Positions 48,490 through 60,092 are shown, counted from the stretch's first letter. The stretch: 64,000 nucleotides of DNA from Takakia lepidozioides (GCA_030704615.1 CM060731.1:34906001-34970000), one strand, 5' to 3'. Notes: a model not told the origin generated them from the sequence alone. A program made the numbers and translations.

Positions 48490-49920
48490 TAAATCTGAAT
48501 GATCCAGTGTACCAACGAGTTATGACAATTGCAGTTTGTGACATGCAATCCGAGGATACGGAATCCCAGAAGCTCATGTGGAATTCCCTGATACGTGTTA
48601 TGGGCTGCCATGGGGTGTCATCTCCAAATTTCGCAGGTTTGATGGCGGATAGTGCTAAGGCGAATTTCAATGCTGTTCGAATTGTCTTCGGATCGGGCGA
48701 CCCAAAAGTGCCAATGCCGGGAAGAGAGCGTACATGTCTATTCCATTGGACACAATCTCTGGAGAAACATACAAAGGCAGACATCAAACCAGAGATGCAG
48801 ACTCAACACCGTACATTGTGCAAAGAGTACAAAGATGCTAGAACAATGAAGGAGGCGGACACTTTGTTCCAGACAATTCGTGCTTGGTGGTTCTCTTCTG
48901 GAGCTGCATCGCTTGAGAGTATGAGAGCATTGGAAGATTGGCTGGCGTTTTGGCACTTCCGGTACAGACAGTGGGGAGCAGCCATGACAATGGTACGAGG
49001 CTTCTATTTCTTGCTTTATTCATACATTTGCTTTCCATATTTTTGACTCCTTGCTTTCTTTATGTTGTTTCCTGTGCACTGTTCTGAAGTGTGGTTCTCC
49101 TCTTTGCAGAACATGTCCATTGAGGAAATGGTGGACATGCCATCTTGCAATTTGGCAGAGACTGTGCACAACGCATGGTTTCAACAGTCTGGGAAACGAG
49201 GTCGGGATTTGTATGTGGCAATTACAGATGATTTGATACGTGCTTTGCAACAACAAACCCGATACCGTGATTTCTTGCGAGGTGGGGTTGGTAGCAAGGG
49301 TCCGGACAAATTGGAGTTGATGTTGCGTGCTGCAAACAGATCTGGGGATCCAAGCAAGATAGCACGAGCGGTGAGCATGTATGCCCAGGGAACGCCACTT
49401 GTTTCAAGAGTTCCACATCTTGAAGGGGAGGAGAGATTCGGCTCGTGTAAGAGGAAATTGAACACTCCACCTGGTTCGGATTCCGATTCACACAGGGCAG
49501 ACCGTGATAACTTCTCAAAACCTCGTGTTCCCCTGCATGACAGATCCATGTCCGGAACCTCCATTTTGGAAGAACCTCCAACACGACGGCAGGCTCCAGC
49601 ATCAAACAGTGCCACTGAAATGGTACAGGAGAGAAACAATCCCCTTGATGTGCTTGAGTCCGCATGCCCAGACCACGTTTGGCACATAGAACGCACAAGT
49701 GCAGGATCTCGGGTGAAATGTACAGCGATCAGGGCAACTAATTTTGAGAAGTGCACTTCATCTATATCCAGAGGTGGTGCCCGGACTCCTGCTCCGACTT
49801 TCACGGATTTGATGCGTCCATACGGTCAACCAGAAGCCAAGAACCACAAGTTCTGGTTCTGGCATCTGCGCAGATGATTGTGGCAGATGTGTGCATGGAT
49901 GACAACTGGCTTCACAAGGC
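48490..49920 (+). pseudogene. MULE-type DDE transposase fragment (5'-truncated), two exons, family distinct from the 14385 transposase
   Basis: GLMADSAKANFNAV (second Asp), TCLFHW (CxxH), LAFWHFRYRQW, then after an intron PSCNLAETVHNAW (catalytic Glu). Confidence 0.75.
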
Positions 49921-50273
49921 TATATTTTGGAGTCAGGTATGTATTCAAAGAAATTCCATTTTTGTTGACTTCATGAATGTGATGAGTACCTTATTTGCAA
50001 AACTGACAAATGTACCATTTGCAGCTCGAGAAGCGCGCCACCATTGTGCTCGAGCAGACTTTGAAGGACTTGAACATTTCAATTGTTTCCCCGCCTCGCT
50101 CACCTGGAGATACTGTTTTTTTCGAGAGTTCTCCAAAGACGGTAACATTTTGCGGTCCAACGATTTTGACAGTCAGGTTGGGGGAGAGTGGGCCATGATG
50201 CGAGTTGTCTATAGGTGCAATGTCCTACTGAGAAATTTTTAGACTTTGTTAGCAGTGTAATCACAGATCCAAA

Positions 50274-50711
50274 GTGAATGTCGGTGCCGACATTCACTTC
50301 TCTGTGCCCTTCCAAACCTAGAGATTGCATTCACCTGGATTAGCAACTTAGTGTGTGTTTGCAGTGTCCTTGAATGGAATTTTGTGAATGGCGTTGACGA
50401 CATTCACATCCAGAGCTGTTGTGAGCTCCAGAGATTTTTTGTACATTTTGTATGTTCCGTTGACATTTTGGTGAGTGTTCCTCACTCGAGGTTTCTGAAT
50501 GTCGTTGCCGATATTCACTTTCCTTGCAACGTTGTTGCCTCTTGTGAGAAATCGTTGTAATCAACGATCCAAAGTGAATGTCATTGCCGACATTCACTTC
50601 TATGTTTGTGTCCTTCCAAAGCCAGAGATTGCATTCCCCTGGATTAGGAACTTAGGGTGTGTTTGCAGTGTCGTTGAATGGAATTTTGTGAATGTCGTTG
50701 ACGACATTCAC
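50274..50711. repeat. Five 24-bp palindromes GTGAATGTCG-N4-CGACATTCAC inside a ~300-bp tandem duplication
   Basis: Copies at 50274, 50384, 50495, 50574 and 50688. Confidence 0.85.
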
Positions 50712-50836
50712 ATCTAGAGCTGTTGTGAGCTCCTGAGAGCTCCTTTTTCATTCTGTGCTACTGGCATCTTACGCACTTCGCGCTTTGGTGGGTTGTGTTT
50801 TGTCTCGTGTTTCACAAGTACACGAAATATGTGCTT

Positions 50837-52706
50837 ATGGATGGAAATCACCTCAGCGGTATACCAGACTATCTTGACATGTGGTCGGACCCTGCAAACG
50901 ATCCAACCATGTACACTGCAGGGATATTGAAGGACTGGAGTCCTTCTCACTTCAGAGACTGTGGTTGGTACCTAGACTGCCCACCTGAGCACACGACCTT
51001 TCAAGAGCAGCACATGAATTATTTGAACAATAATGCTGAGATGCTGGCGCCTCTGAATGACGAGGAGTACCAAAGAAACATAGCAACATTGGCTGCCAAG
51101 GAGCCTGATGCTCAGGAAACGACGCAGGAGGGCAAGAAGGCGGGGCGCAAACCAAAAGACAAGGCTCCTGATGTCATAGCCAGGTCACCAGCAAAGCCAA
51201 AGGACAAAGACAAGTCCAAAGACAAGGAGAAGGAAAATGACAAGGGGAAGGAGAAAGAAACACAAAGGGAGATGGAAAAAGAGAGTGAGAAGGACTTCAC
51301 TGCTGGAAGGTGTACCCGCACAATTCAGTGCGTGTTCGATGCCAAGCCACACCCTTCTCGTGCAGATTCGGCAGGCGAGATTAAGATTGTCAATGAGGGA
51401 TGGCTGGCAATGATGCAGAGTCGAAAGAGAGGATACACTGGGGTGCCTTCGCCTACCTGGGACAACATGATCTCATTCCTTAATCTGGTGACAATTTGAT
51501 TTTCTTTCCTTTGCATCTGTAAGTGTCATTTGCAGCCTTAAAGTTTGGTTCTTTGAAAACATTCTTGTCTTCGTTCTAAAATTTGACATGTCTGTTGCAA
51601 GTGAGCACTGGTCCCACCTTCGTGTGCGGTGTGCAGAAAACATTTGCGGTTGACATTGTCAGGCTGTGCCAGAAGTTCTTCCGAAGGGCAAGACGCCAAG
51701 CTGGAACAAATTCGATGAGAACTACTGGAGTTGGGTGTTCGGGTTTTGCAATAATTTCCTTTTTGATGCAGGGACACTTCTGTTTTTTCAATCATGTGAC
51801 AAAGATAGTCGTCGGGCATTGGCAACATACCTGAAGTCCTCTGGGTTTGAAGTTTTGCACACATGGAATTGTGTGAACAGCCTATACCTTGTTTAAGGGG
51901 GTTGTCCTGGTCAGCTGGTATGCCGTCTCCCTTCTTCTTGTGCTTTCATGCTGCGTTTCAATGTTTTCTGCAGCTCCACTATAGAAAAATGTGTAATGAT
52001 CGACACCGATCATGACAGATTCGTGACAAAACAGATTGTTGTATGCATTTGTTTTGAATTTCCAATGTGCAAACTTCCACTATAGTTTGTGTTTACCACC
52101 CTAACCTGCAGTCTTTGGCAGACGAGGATGTTCGAGGCGATCTGCCTGTGGAGGATTCGCACCTCAAAGACACCATCCTCCATCCACAGCTTTGAGATTT
52201 CTGACCAGGGTTGTTTCGTCAACCCCCAGTATGAGCCGCATGTCGATGACATTTTGTACAACTTCATGCAGTCCAGTCAGACTCTCAAGAGACCAGATGG
52301 CACTCCCTAGAGAGGTGCAAAGGAAAAAACCCCAGCGTTCATGCAGATACTGCTGGAGTCATGCAGCCACCATTCTGCACGGGTGGTCGATCTTTCTGTG
52401 TCCACAGGTTCGTTCTCTCCCTTCCGAATTGATTTTCTTTCACCAGTTTCATCTTCTTAAACCCCCCCCCCCCCCCCCCACCAACCTGTTCATGTCCTAC
52501 TGTCTGGTGTAGGAGCAACTTACCATGCATGCAAGGCAGGCGGAAGAAGCCTTTTTCGCATGGAGGGTGATTCTGACCTTTACAAGACAGTGCTCCTCCC
52601 CCTTTTGTCTGGCTCCACTTCAGGCACACAGACTGAGAGGATTCAAATCCGAAATGATGACGATCCTGAGGATAAGCAGGTCGACAACGACTTTTCATGT
52701 GAGTAA
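50837..52706 (+). pseudogene. Beta-class N4-cytosine/N6-adenine DNA methyltransferase-like gene linked to the MULE transposase; multi-exon, disrupted
   Basis: VDIV[frameshift]VPEVLP..PSWN..WVFGFCNNFLFDAGTLLFF; DDILYNF..DGTP*RGAKEKTPAFMQILLESCSHHSARVVDLSVST|GATYHACKAGGRSLFRMEGDSDLY parallels the beta-MTase C-terminus (xKP..L..LI...S..GD.VLDPF.GSG.T..A....GR...G.E.D..Y). Confidence 0.7.
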
Positions 52707-52879
52707 GTCCTAAACCCACTTTGGGAGCCATCTGGGCTCACTCCACGTCATCGCGCTTGAAGGCCCCGTCACCACGTGCCAAGGAAGAAGTGGAGTGTAT
52801 TCCCGCGGAAGAGCACCCTTCACCGCGGAAACAAGCTAGACGACATAATAAAAGGATGTGGTCAATCCCACCTGAAAGC

Positions 52880-53210
52880 AACAGATGAATGAAGGATGGA
52901 TGAATGTAGAGTGGATGATAAACAGATGGATGAGTGCGAAAAATGAAAGTAGATGGATGAATGTGGGATGGGTAATAGTAAAATGGATGAATGTATAGTG
53001 GATGTTGAATAATGGAAAACATTCTTGACTGGAGGATGCATGAATACTCTGTAGATGAATGCACAATGTATATGACATGAGTGTGGTAGGTTTGTGGGGT
53101 GGATTACAGAATACAGTGGATGAATGTATACTTGATGTTTAATAAAGGAAAACATTCACGAATGGAGCACGCATGAATGCACAGTAGATGAATGCACAAT
53201 GGATATGACA
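52880..53210 (+). repeat. Degenerate array of (T)GGATGAATG motifs
   Basis: Many GATGAAT/GGATGA copies in about 330 bp. Confidence 0.7.
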
Positions 53211-53737
53211 AGAGTGAGTGGGGTTTCTCGGACATCAAATTTATAGTAATAACTTTTTTCGGGCTGTGACTTGCAGGAAAGGCAGCGATGGATCTTCAGG
53301 AAATACCCCCATTTGTGACGAGTTTGTTTTCGACAGCCCCCTTTCCAATTTTCTGCTTCCTGTGTATGCCGAAGCAATGGCACTTCATGCGGCCGAGTCT
53401 CTATCCCCTGACTTTTTATTGCCTGGTCGTAGGTGTAGCCAGCGTAGATCCGGAGTTCTTCAATACCTAGACTTAGATGTAGAGGACGCGGGGATACATT
53501 GTACTGACTCTGAGTCAGACTGAACTTTGTTCTTTTAATGTTCTGTTTCATCCTCTTCCGAAAACATTGAATCCCCTTACTCCACTGTAGTTGTTCCGGC
53601 AGAAAAAAAAGAAAATCAAATAATCCACTTTCATTAAAATGGCAATATGTATGAATCGTGATGTGGCGTTGGCGCAAGGTGACATGGTCTGAGCGCAGTT
53701 GCGCTCACGCGACCAGGCTCACGCCGAGGCATCCCTG

Positions 53738-55490
53738 GATTTTAAGGCATGATTCGTAGAGATCAATTGTAAATAAGTCTAGGATGCGGTCCGTTGAGGA
53801 TCCTCTGTTGTCAATCGAGAAGCCATCTATATCATGCCATGGATAGTGTTTAGCTTTACACATGCAGTTGGCAGTGTAGAGACTGGGGTGTAAGCATTTT
53901 GTAACTGTGGGTGTGTAGGTTGAGATTGCTTGTGACCATATTTCTTGGTTGATGTCCGTTGGATTGGTTAGCAAGTGGCCGTGCCTGTGTTTGAGATAGT
54001 CGATGGGTGGGTTGAGGGCAGGGTTAAAGATGGCTTTGTGAGCTTTTTTGGGATGGTCACGTAGCAGTCGGTTAAAAGAAGAGACGAATTTTTTGTGATT
54101 GTCGGCGGCTTTTTGTTTGGTAATACTGTAAGCATTTTTATTGGCATCTCTTCCAACTTTGGAAAGAGCAGCTGTCCAGTGAGGAATATCTTGGGGATTG
54201 GCGGGTGGGGGCATAAGTGCTTGACATGTTGTTAAGGTGTTTAGGCAAGTGATACGTGGATCCGAAGACCAGTTGTTTCCTGGGTGGATGGGGGTAGTGG
54301 TAGGTATAATGGTGAGGGCACGCCTGATTGTGTGGTATGTGTTAAGATGTCATGTCCATAATACGTTTTTGAGTACGGGTAAGGTAGCCCCCATTTTGTT
54401 TCGAACGTGTACTTTGTGGGATTTCAGGGGGGCAGAGCAGGTGGCGATGACACTGTTGGTCATTTCTTTCATTGAAGTTGTGAGTATGGTCTCGGCTTCG
54501 GTCCAGGCTTTGTCAGGGGATTGCGCGAGGTTTGCTTCGGAGAGTATGTCAGAGAGTTGTATCATAAGATGTAAGGATGTTGGTTGGAAATGCTTTAGGA
54601 AGGTGACTATGTTATAGTGGGGAAGTGGGGTTAAGATTCTAGATTGTGGTGGTGGGACATGTATGGGTGGAATAGGTCTAAAGGAAATGAGAGATGGTAG
54701 GATGGTTACTGACACGGGGTAATGGTCTGAGTTGCATAGACTATTAATGTGTACATGACTGCTGAGGTATGTGGGGATGTCGTTTTGTGTCTTGAGGTAG
54801 GAACCATCAAGAAGGCTTAAGGATGAGTAGTTGAGTCCACCTTGTCTGGAATAGTGGTGATCGGTGGGTATATAACGGAGATGGTGTGAGTGAGTAAAAC
54901 TTGCACATTCATGGTCAGCGGGGGATGGAGTTTTATGTATACCATTGTATGTGTGACCCATGAGGGCAATGTCCCTGTTGAAATCGCCTGCTAGAATGTA
55001 GTGCTGGGAGTGGGTGGAAGGTTGTGTTAATGTTTTAGAGATGGTGAGCAGGATATCAGGGATCAGGGGGAGATCTTCGGAGTGTGAGGGCATGTACAAG
55101 TGTATAAGGATAATATGAGCCATGGCGGGAAGGTGTAGTTTGATGATTTGAAGATGTGATCGTAGGGGGGAGAGCGACATGGATTTTGACCGTGGTGCTA
55201 GGGGAGTGATGTGTGCGGAGGATACCAAAAGCCACCCCTCCCCGAGTACGGTGATATGGCGTGGAGCGTCTGTTTAGGCACTGTGCGGCTGTGAGTGAGC
55301 TGCCATATAGCAGATAGTAGGCTGGGAGGAGTTTGTTGATATATGAGTTGTTGGGGTTGTGTGCGCTGAGTTTAGTTTCTTGTAATAGAATGATATGCGG
55401 GGGGTGTAGAGTCCGTTAGATGGAGAAGGCTTTGGATGCTGGTGGCAAGTGATCCTACATTCCAGGTGAGTATGTTGAGTGCGACCACCT
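53738..55490 (-). mobile_element. 5' part of the LINE: APE endonuclease and pre-RT region; the RT itself is absent
   Basis: LNILTWNVGSL..IILLQETKL; YMPS; ILAGDFNRD; SLLDGSY; SDHYPVSV, all canonical APE motifs; sequence is cut just before the RT. Confidence 0.9.
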
Positions 55491-55751
55491 CGGGCTCAGC
55501 AGCAGGTGCGTTTCTCCTCCACCCTAAACCCCACTCTCTGAACTACCCCTCTCCCAAAGAACAAACGAAAACGGGAGGGGAAAGAGATGCTTGAAGCACT
55601 TAGGGGAAAAAAAAGGTGCAGCGCCAACGTGCGACGCCCGGCCTTCGCACGCCTGCGCCCGGCCTTTTTTGAAATGTAAAAATGAAGATTGCAACGGCTG
55701 GCCGTCGTTTCTTGCAACCCCCGGCCCCATAAATAAAAAAACACGTCGCCT

Positions 55752-55788
55752 CCCGCGACGGCTGTCCGTCGCGGGGTGCGACCCCTAG
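55752..55788 (+). mobile_element. Putative Helitron 3' terminus
   Basis: Perfect hairpin CCCGCGACGG-ctgt-CCGTCGCGGG, 9 nt spacer, then CTAG followed by T. Confidence 0.55.
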
Positions 55789-56819
55789 TTAAAAACTAAA
55801 ATAAAAACTCGTCGTCCAATGCGACGCCAGGGTGTCGCAGGAGGCGACGGCCGGCCTTTCAAGATTTAGGGTTTAGGGCCTTTTGGGTTTCTTAGTTTTT
55901 ATTTATTTTATTTATTTTTTCATATGGTACTGGGCTTTTCTTTATGGTGCTGGGTTTTGGATTGGCGATTTTTGTGGGTCTTGGGGTTAAAACGATAAAC
56001 GGTGTAATTAGGATTCACGTACCCAAAATGTGGTTCAATCTGATAATCGCAAAGCGCTGGGTCTCAACAATTTTTTCCATAGTGTGAGCATCTTGAAGAT
56101 AGAATGAGAGGAAGGATTTATTGTCTTGGGCTCTAGCACCATAGGGATGCTCCGCCTTTGGTTACCAATTTTGAAAGCCCCGAGGCTGAGGCATAGGGTT
56201 TTTTTGCCAACGGTTTTTGAGAAATGAAAGTGTTGGCTTCCCATCAGGGGCGAGGATCCGCCTCAGGCCGCCCAAGCCGAAGGGGAGGAAACCTAGGGCA
56301 AAGCCGACCCCTCCTAGGGGTTCGGGGGGCACATGCACGTGGAGGTGGAGGTGGAGGTGGTACTGCTGGCGGAGGAGATGAAAGTGGAGGTGGTTGAGGA
56401 TGTAATGTCGGAGGTGCAGCCGGGGGTACAACGTCCGGATCAGGCAAAGAAACAGACCGGGGGGGGGGGGAGGCCACAATCAGAGGGACCGCCTGAGGAA
56501 ACTGGAGGGGGGGGGGGGGGGGGGTCCCTGCTCGTCGCCGGCCATAACGCCTACGACACCTATAATATCTCTCGACCCTACGCATCTCATCTACGTGCTG
56601 CTGGGGGAACCAACTGGTCACATCGGCACATGTTCTGGCACAAATTCTGCAAGTAGACCGGCGCGAAATGCCTCTTGTGCAATGTGATTGCGAGCTTGGG
56701 CATCAAGTCGTGGCTGCAATGTGCGTAGTGAACGACGCATCAATACTTATGTCATAATTTTGATTCATGTATGCTTACCAATCATACTATATTATTAGAT
56801 AAACCTAAATGTACCTTAA

Positions 56820-57593
56820 ATGAATGTTAATGAGAGGGGTGGGAAAAACATTCACTTTTGCCGCATCCGCAATCTTGTTCTTCTTGTAATGTTTTTCGAT
56901 AACATGCGGTCGCCGCCTCGGTGGTTTGGTGCCGCCCAGCGGTATCCGTTCCCAACACTTAGTGCACCAACACTCAATCTTGTCGTGGGGGGGAGGATCC
57001 GAGAAAATGTGGAGTTCGAGTATTGGGGGAGACGGTATGTTGTGAGAGCCGCTACAGACCCTGCTATGGGTCGGGGTTTATTCACGGTCAATGATATTGT
57101 GGTTCCTCCTCGGAGAAACAGCATGGTGGACTTGTTTCCTTACTACGGTCCATACTACACCTCCGCAGAGTTCCGTACATTACGCCTCGAAGCCCCATAC
57201 ATCCTACCCTACATTTTGTGTGTCAACGGACAGGATGTACATAGACGGGGGTTGTCTCCTATTGAGATCAGATTTTGTGATGGTGACCCCGACATCTTTG
57301 GCAATGTTGTTGGGCTGGTCAATAGTTCTTTTGGTCATCCTAGGAGAACCAATGTAGTATGGGACGAGCGAAGCGATGGGCATGAGAGCTTTTGTGGTCA
57401 TACGTCAGTATACTGTGAAGGAATGATGTTTGTGATGACATGTGCTAATAGGACTATTAGGGCTGGCAGCGAACTATTTGCATCATACGAGTTATCCCGA
57501 GATGATTGGGACCTCCGATTACAGCGTGAGTGGGATGTGTATGATAGAAATAGGGTTCCTTTGAGACAGGGATCGCATAGAGGGGCATTGTAG
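56820..57593 (+). CDS. Stand-alone, intronless SET-domain protein (putative lysine methyltransferase)
   Basis: MGRGLFT (motif I), FPYYGP, DGDPDIFGNVVGLVNSSFGHPRRTNV (RxxNHS-equivalent), CANRTIRAGSELFASY (ELxxxY with the terminal Tyr). Confidence 0.8.
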   Translation: MNVNERGGKNIHFCRIRNLVLLVMFFDNMRSPPRWFGAAQRYPFPTLSAPTLNLVVGGRIRENVEFEYWGRRYVVRAATDPAMGRGLFTVNDIVVPPRRNSMVDLFPYYGPYYTSAEFRTLRLEAPYILPYILCVNGQDVHRRGLSPIEIRFCDGDPDIFGNVVGLVNSSFGHPRRTNVVWDERSDGHESFCGHTSVYCEGMMFVMTCANRTIRAGSELFASYELSRDDWDLRLQREWDVYDRNRVPLRQGSHRGAL

Positions 57594-58610
57594 ATATTCT
57601 CATGATGTACTTTGTATACATCCAATTAATCGATTGATATAAATTTTTTTCTTGTTGCTCGTGTGGGTTGCAACTTTGCATATGTGATCTAAACATACTT
57701 ATGCACATGTGGACCAAATATGAGCTTGAACCAAGTTGATTCAATGGGTCATTCTAGTGTTGAACGCAGTTACGTGTCATAGAGACGGAAAATTGTGTTT
57801 CGCCTGTAGATGATATTTTTTTATTCCATTTTCAAGCCATATGCTTAATGATAGCATATGCAATGTGCGTGCAAAATTTGGGAGTAAACAAAAGTCATTT
57901 GGACCCATAACCAGATTTTGTTCTCTCATTTGCACTCCAAAGTTGAGTTATCTTCAACTTCATGCACTCTTCCATAGAGAGTTATGCAAAAGTGACCCTA
58001 GAAACGCACTTATTAGGGTATATCTATTGAGAGATACATTGAAAGAACTTAAACTACTCATAATTGACAGGTGCAATCCAGCCATTCTTTTTAGTGGCGA
58101 ATAATCGCCAGATTTCGACATCAAAAAAAAAATCAAATATTCTGTCGCAAATCCACTGTTTTTTCATGGATGAAATCGCCAAATTGCTCCAAATAAAAAA
58201 TAAATTGTGGATGAATTCGCCAAATATGGAAGATATATATGGATGATGGTACATAGGTGGATGAATTACAGTGGATGAACAGAATAAATGGCTATTTCCT
58301 GCAAAACTCTGTAGCCACTTGTGCTGTTTTCCAAATTCCTTAAAAAAAACACTAGTGCAATCACGCAAAATTCAATATAAACAGCGCAAAATAGCCCTAT
58401 TTTTGCGCAATCAGATTTGGACGTTGCGCAAGAAGCCCTAATGTTACGACTGGCTTTTGGTGCAATGAAGATATGTGTTAAATTGAAGGTATGTGTATGG
58501 AGATATGTGTTACTTTGAAAATTGAAGTGGTACATAAAGTTTCTGACTGCACATGTCAGATCTTCATCAAACTACTTTAATGCTCAAAAATCTAGATTGC
58601 ATCGTGCAAA

Positions 58611-60092
58611 CTAGCAACGTTCTGTCAACCTATTTCTCTCTTTCTTTGCTCTGAATGTTCTCAATTTTTGCATTCTAACAACACGCACTACTGTACTCCG
58701 GATGGTCGATGGCCCCAATCGTGTTACATACATGTGTGGTTCCAGAGTTCCATTCTCAATGAAATCTCTAAATTTCTTTCTCTCCGCTTCTCGCTCAAAA
58801 GCTTCTTTAGCGAGTATCGTTTTTTGCAACTGAGCCTCTGTTCTTCTTTTCAGAACTGCCTCACGTAGACATCTTTTCTTCAGTTTCTCTTTTTCCTTCA
58901 ATTGTTGCACGTTATGGTATTCTTCCAAACGCTGCTTGAATGTCTCGTTCGTTAGGAGAGCTCCAGAGCTTGTGTCCAATCCTGCTCTGCAACGAGGTGT
59001 GGCTCTAGAGCTTTTCTGCTGCATTGAACGATAAGAAGCACTGTAAGCATAGACTGCAAATCAACTGGAACATGAAACGATCCCATCTGTGGGGGCACAT
59101 GTTGTACTTGTGTTTCAAGTAGAACTCCATCAACATTCTGATTCAGGGTTTTCCAGTCATCGCATGAATTTAAGTTCACAACAGAAACCTCCATGTCAAC
59201 ATTCTCTTTTTCTTGCAAATATGCATGCAGATGTTCCCCATCAACTTGTTCATGCTCTGGTACTGTCACATATGTTCCAGAGCAATTCATGTCTTCGATC
59301 CCATATGCATGTACATATGGTTGTGCAATCGAACCTACGTTCTTCCACACATGTAGTCGGTGGATCAAGTGGATTTTCCTCGTGCAGTGGTATGTATGGT
59401 TCTGGAATATAGGGCTCCACCACCTCCTCATCCATCTCAACTGTATCGCTTCTAAGCTGCAACAGAGTGTTCACTCCATTTTCCTCGTCCACTTCCACTT
59501 CAACTTCATTCACATGAATCTCTGGATGGAAATGTGAATCAAGCTCCTCCTCTTCACTGCATGCTGTAGTCTCACACGGTTCACTTGGTCCAAATTTGCT
59601 TGCACATGCAAGTGGATTCAATGGCCATAACCATGTTGCTTGAAATCCACTCGTAATATTGCTAGGAGAAGGGCACGAGCCATTGCTCGACTTACTATTC
59701 CAGCCAACGTAGCCTTCTCCAAATTCCCAGCGGAATGCCAATCTGTCATGGCATTCCGTTCCAATCTAAATCCCAACTTGAAAGGTCGATAACAAGCAAC
59801 ATCCAAAGGTTGCAATGCATGAGAGGTATGCGGGGGCACAATAAGATCAAGACCCATAGCAGCAGCTTCTGTGATCGCATCTAGACTGACGTGAGACCCA
59901 TGACCGTCAAGGAACAAAAGATGGCGATTATCAAGGCTTACACCTCTTGGAACAAATCGTTTGAAATGTTGGAACCACCGTGAGAACAATGCAGCCGTCA
60001 TCCATGTTTTTTTTTGCATCGCCATGTCTGCATTCGGCTCACAAAAATGCACGTAGTCTTCCATTAAACGTTCACCTTTGAAAATATAATAT
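58611..60092 (-). pseudogene. pogo/Fot1-like (DDE_1) transposase, 5'-truncated and frameshifted
   Basis: YYIFKG..KTWMT..FSRWFQHF..RHLLFLDGHGSH..PPHTSHALQPLDVACYRPFK; C-terminal GALLTNETF..KEKEK coiled region. Confidence 0.9.

Noticed and set aside
50274-50711. CRISPR-like array of spaced palindromic repeats
   Set aside because: Spacers are long, unequal and partly duplicates of each other; there are no cas genes; the context is eukaryotic
47405-53737. Complete MULE with TIRs/TSD inserted in the LINE
   Set aside because: No inverted match to the right junction (..GGCATCCCTG) was found at the left junction and there is no TSD; the LINE RT is missing, so at least one deletion occurred
55865-55878. 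TTTAGGG x2
   Set aside because: Only two units; telo-box-like sequence within a TE end, not a telomere
56244-56656. Pro-rich ORFs upstream of the SET gene
   Set aside because: Driven by G homopolymers and GGAGGT repeats; no consistent frame or domain
56820-60092. SETMAR-like SET-transposase fusion
   Set aside because: SET and transposase are on opposite strands and convergent, so they cannot be one protein
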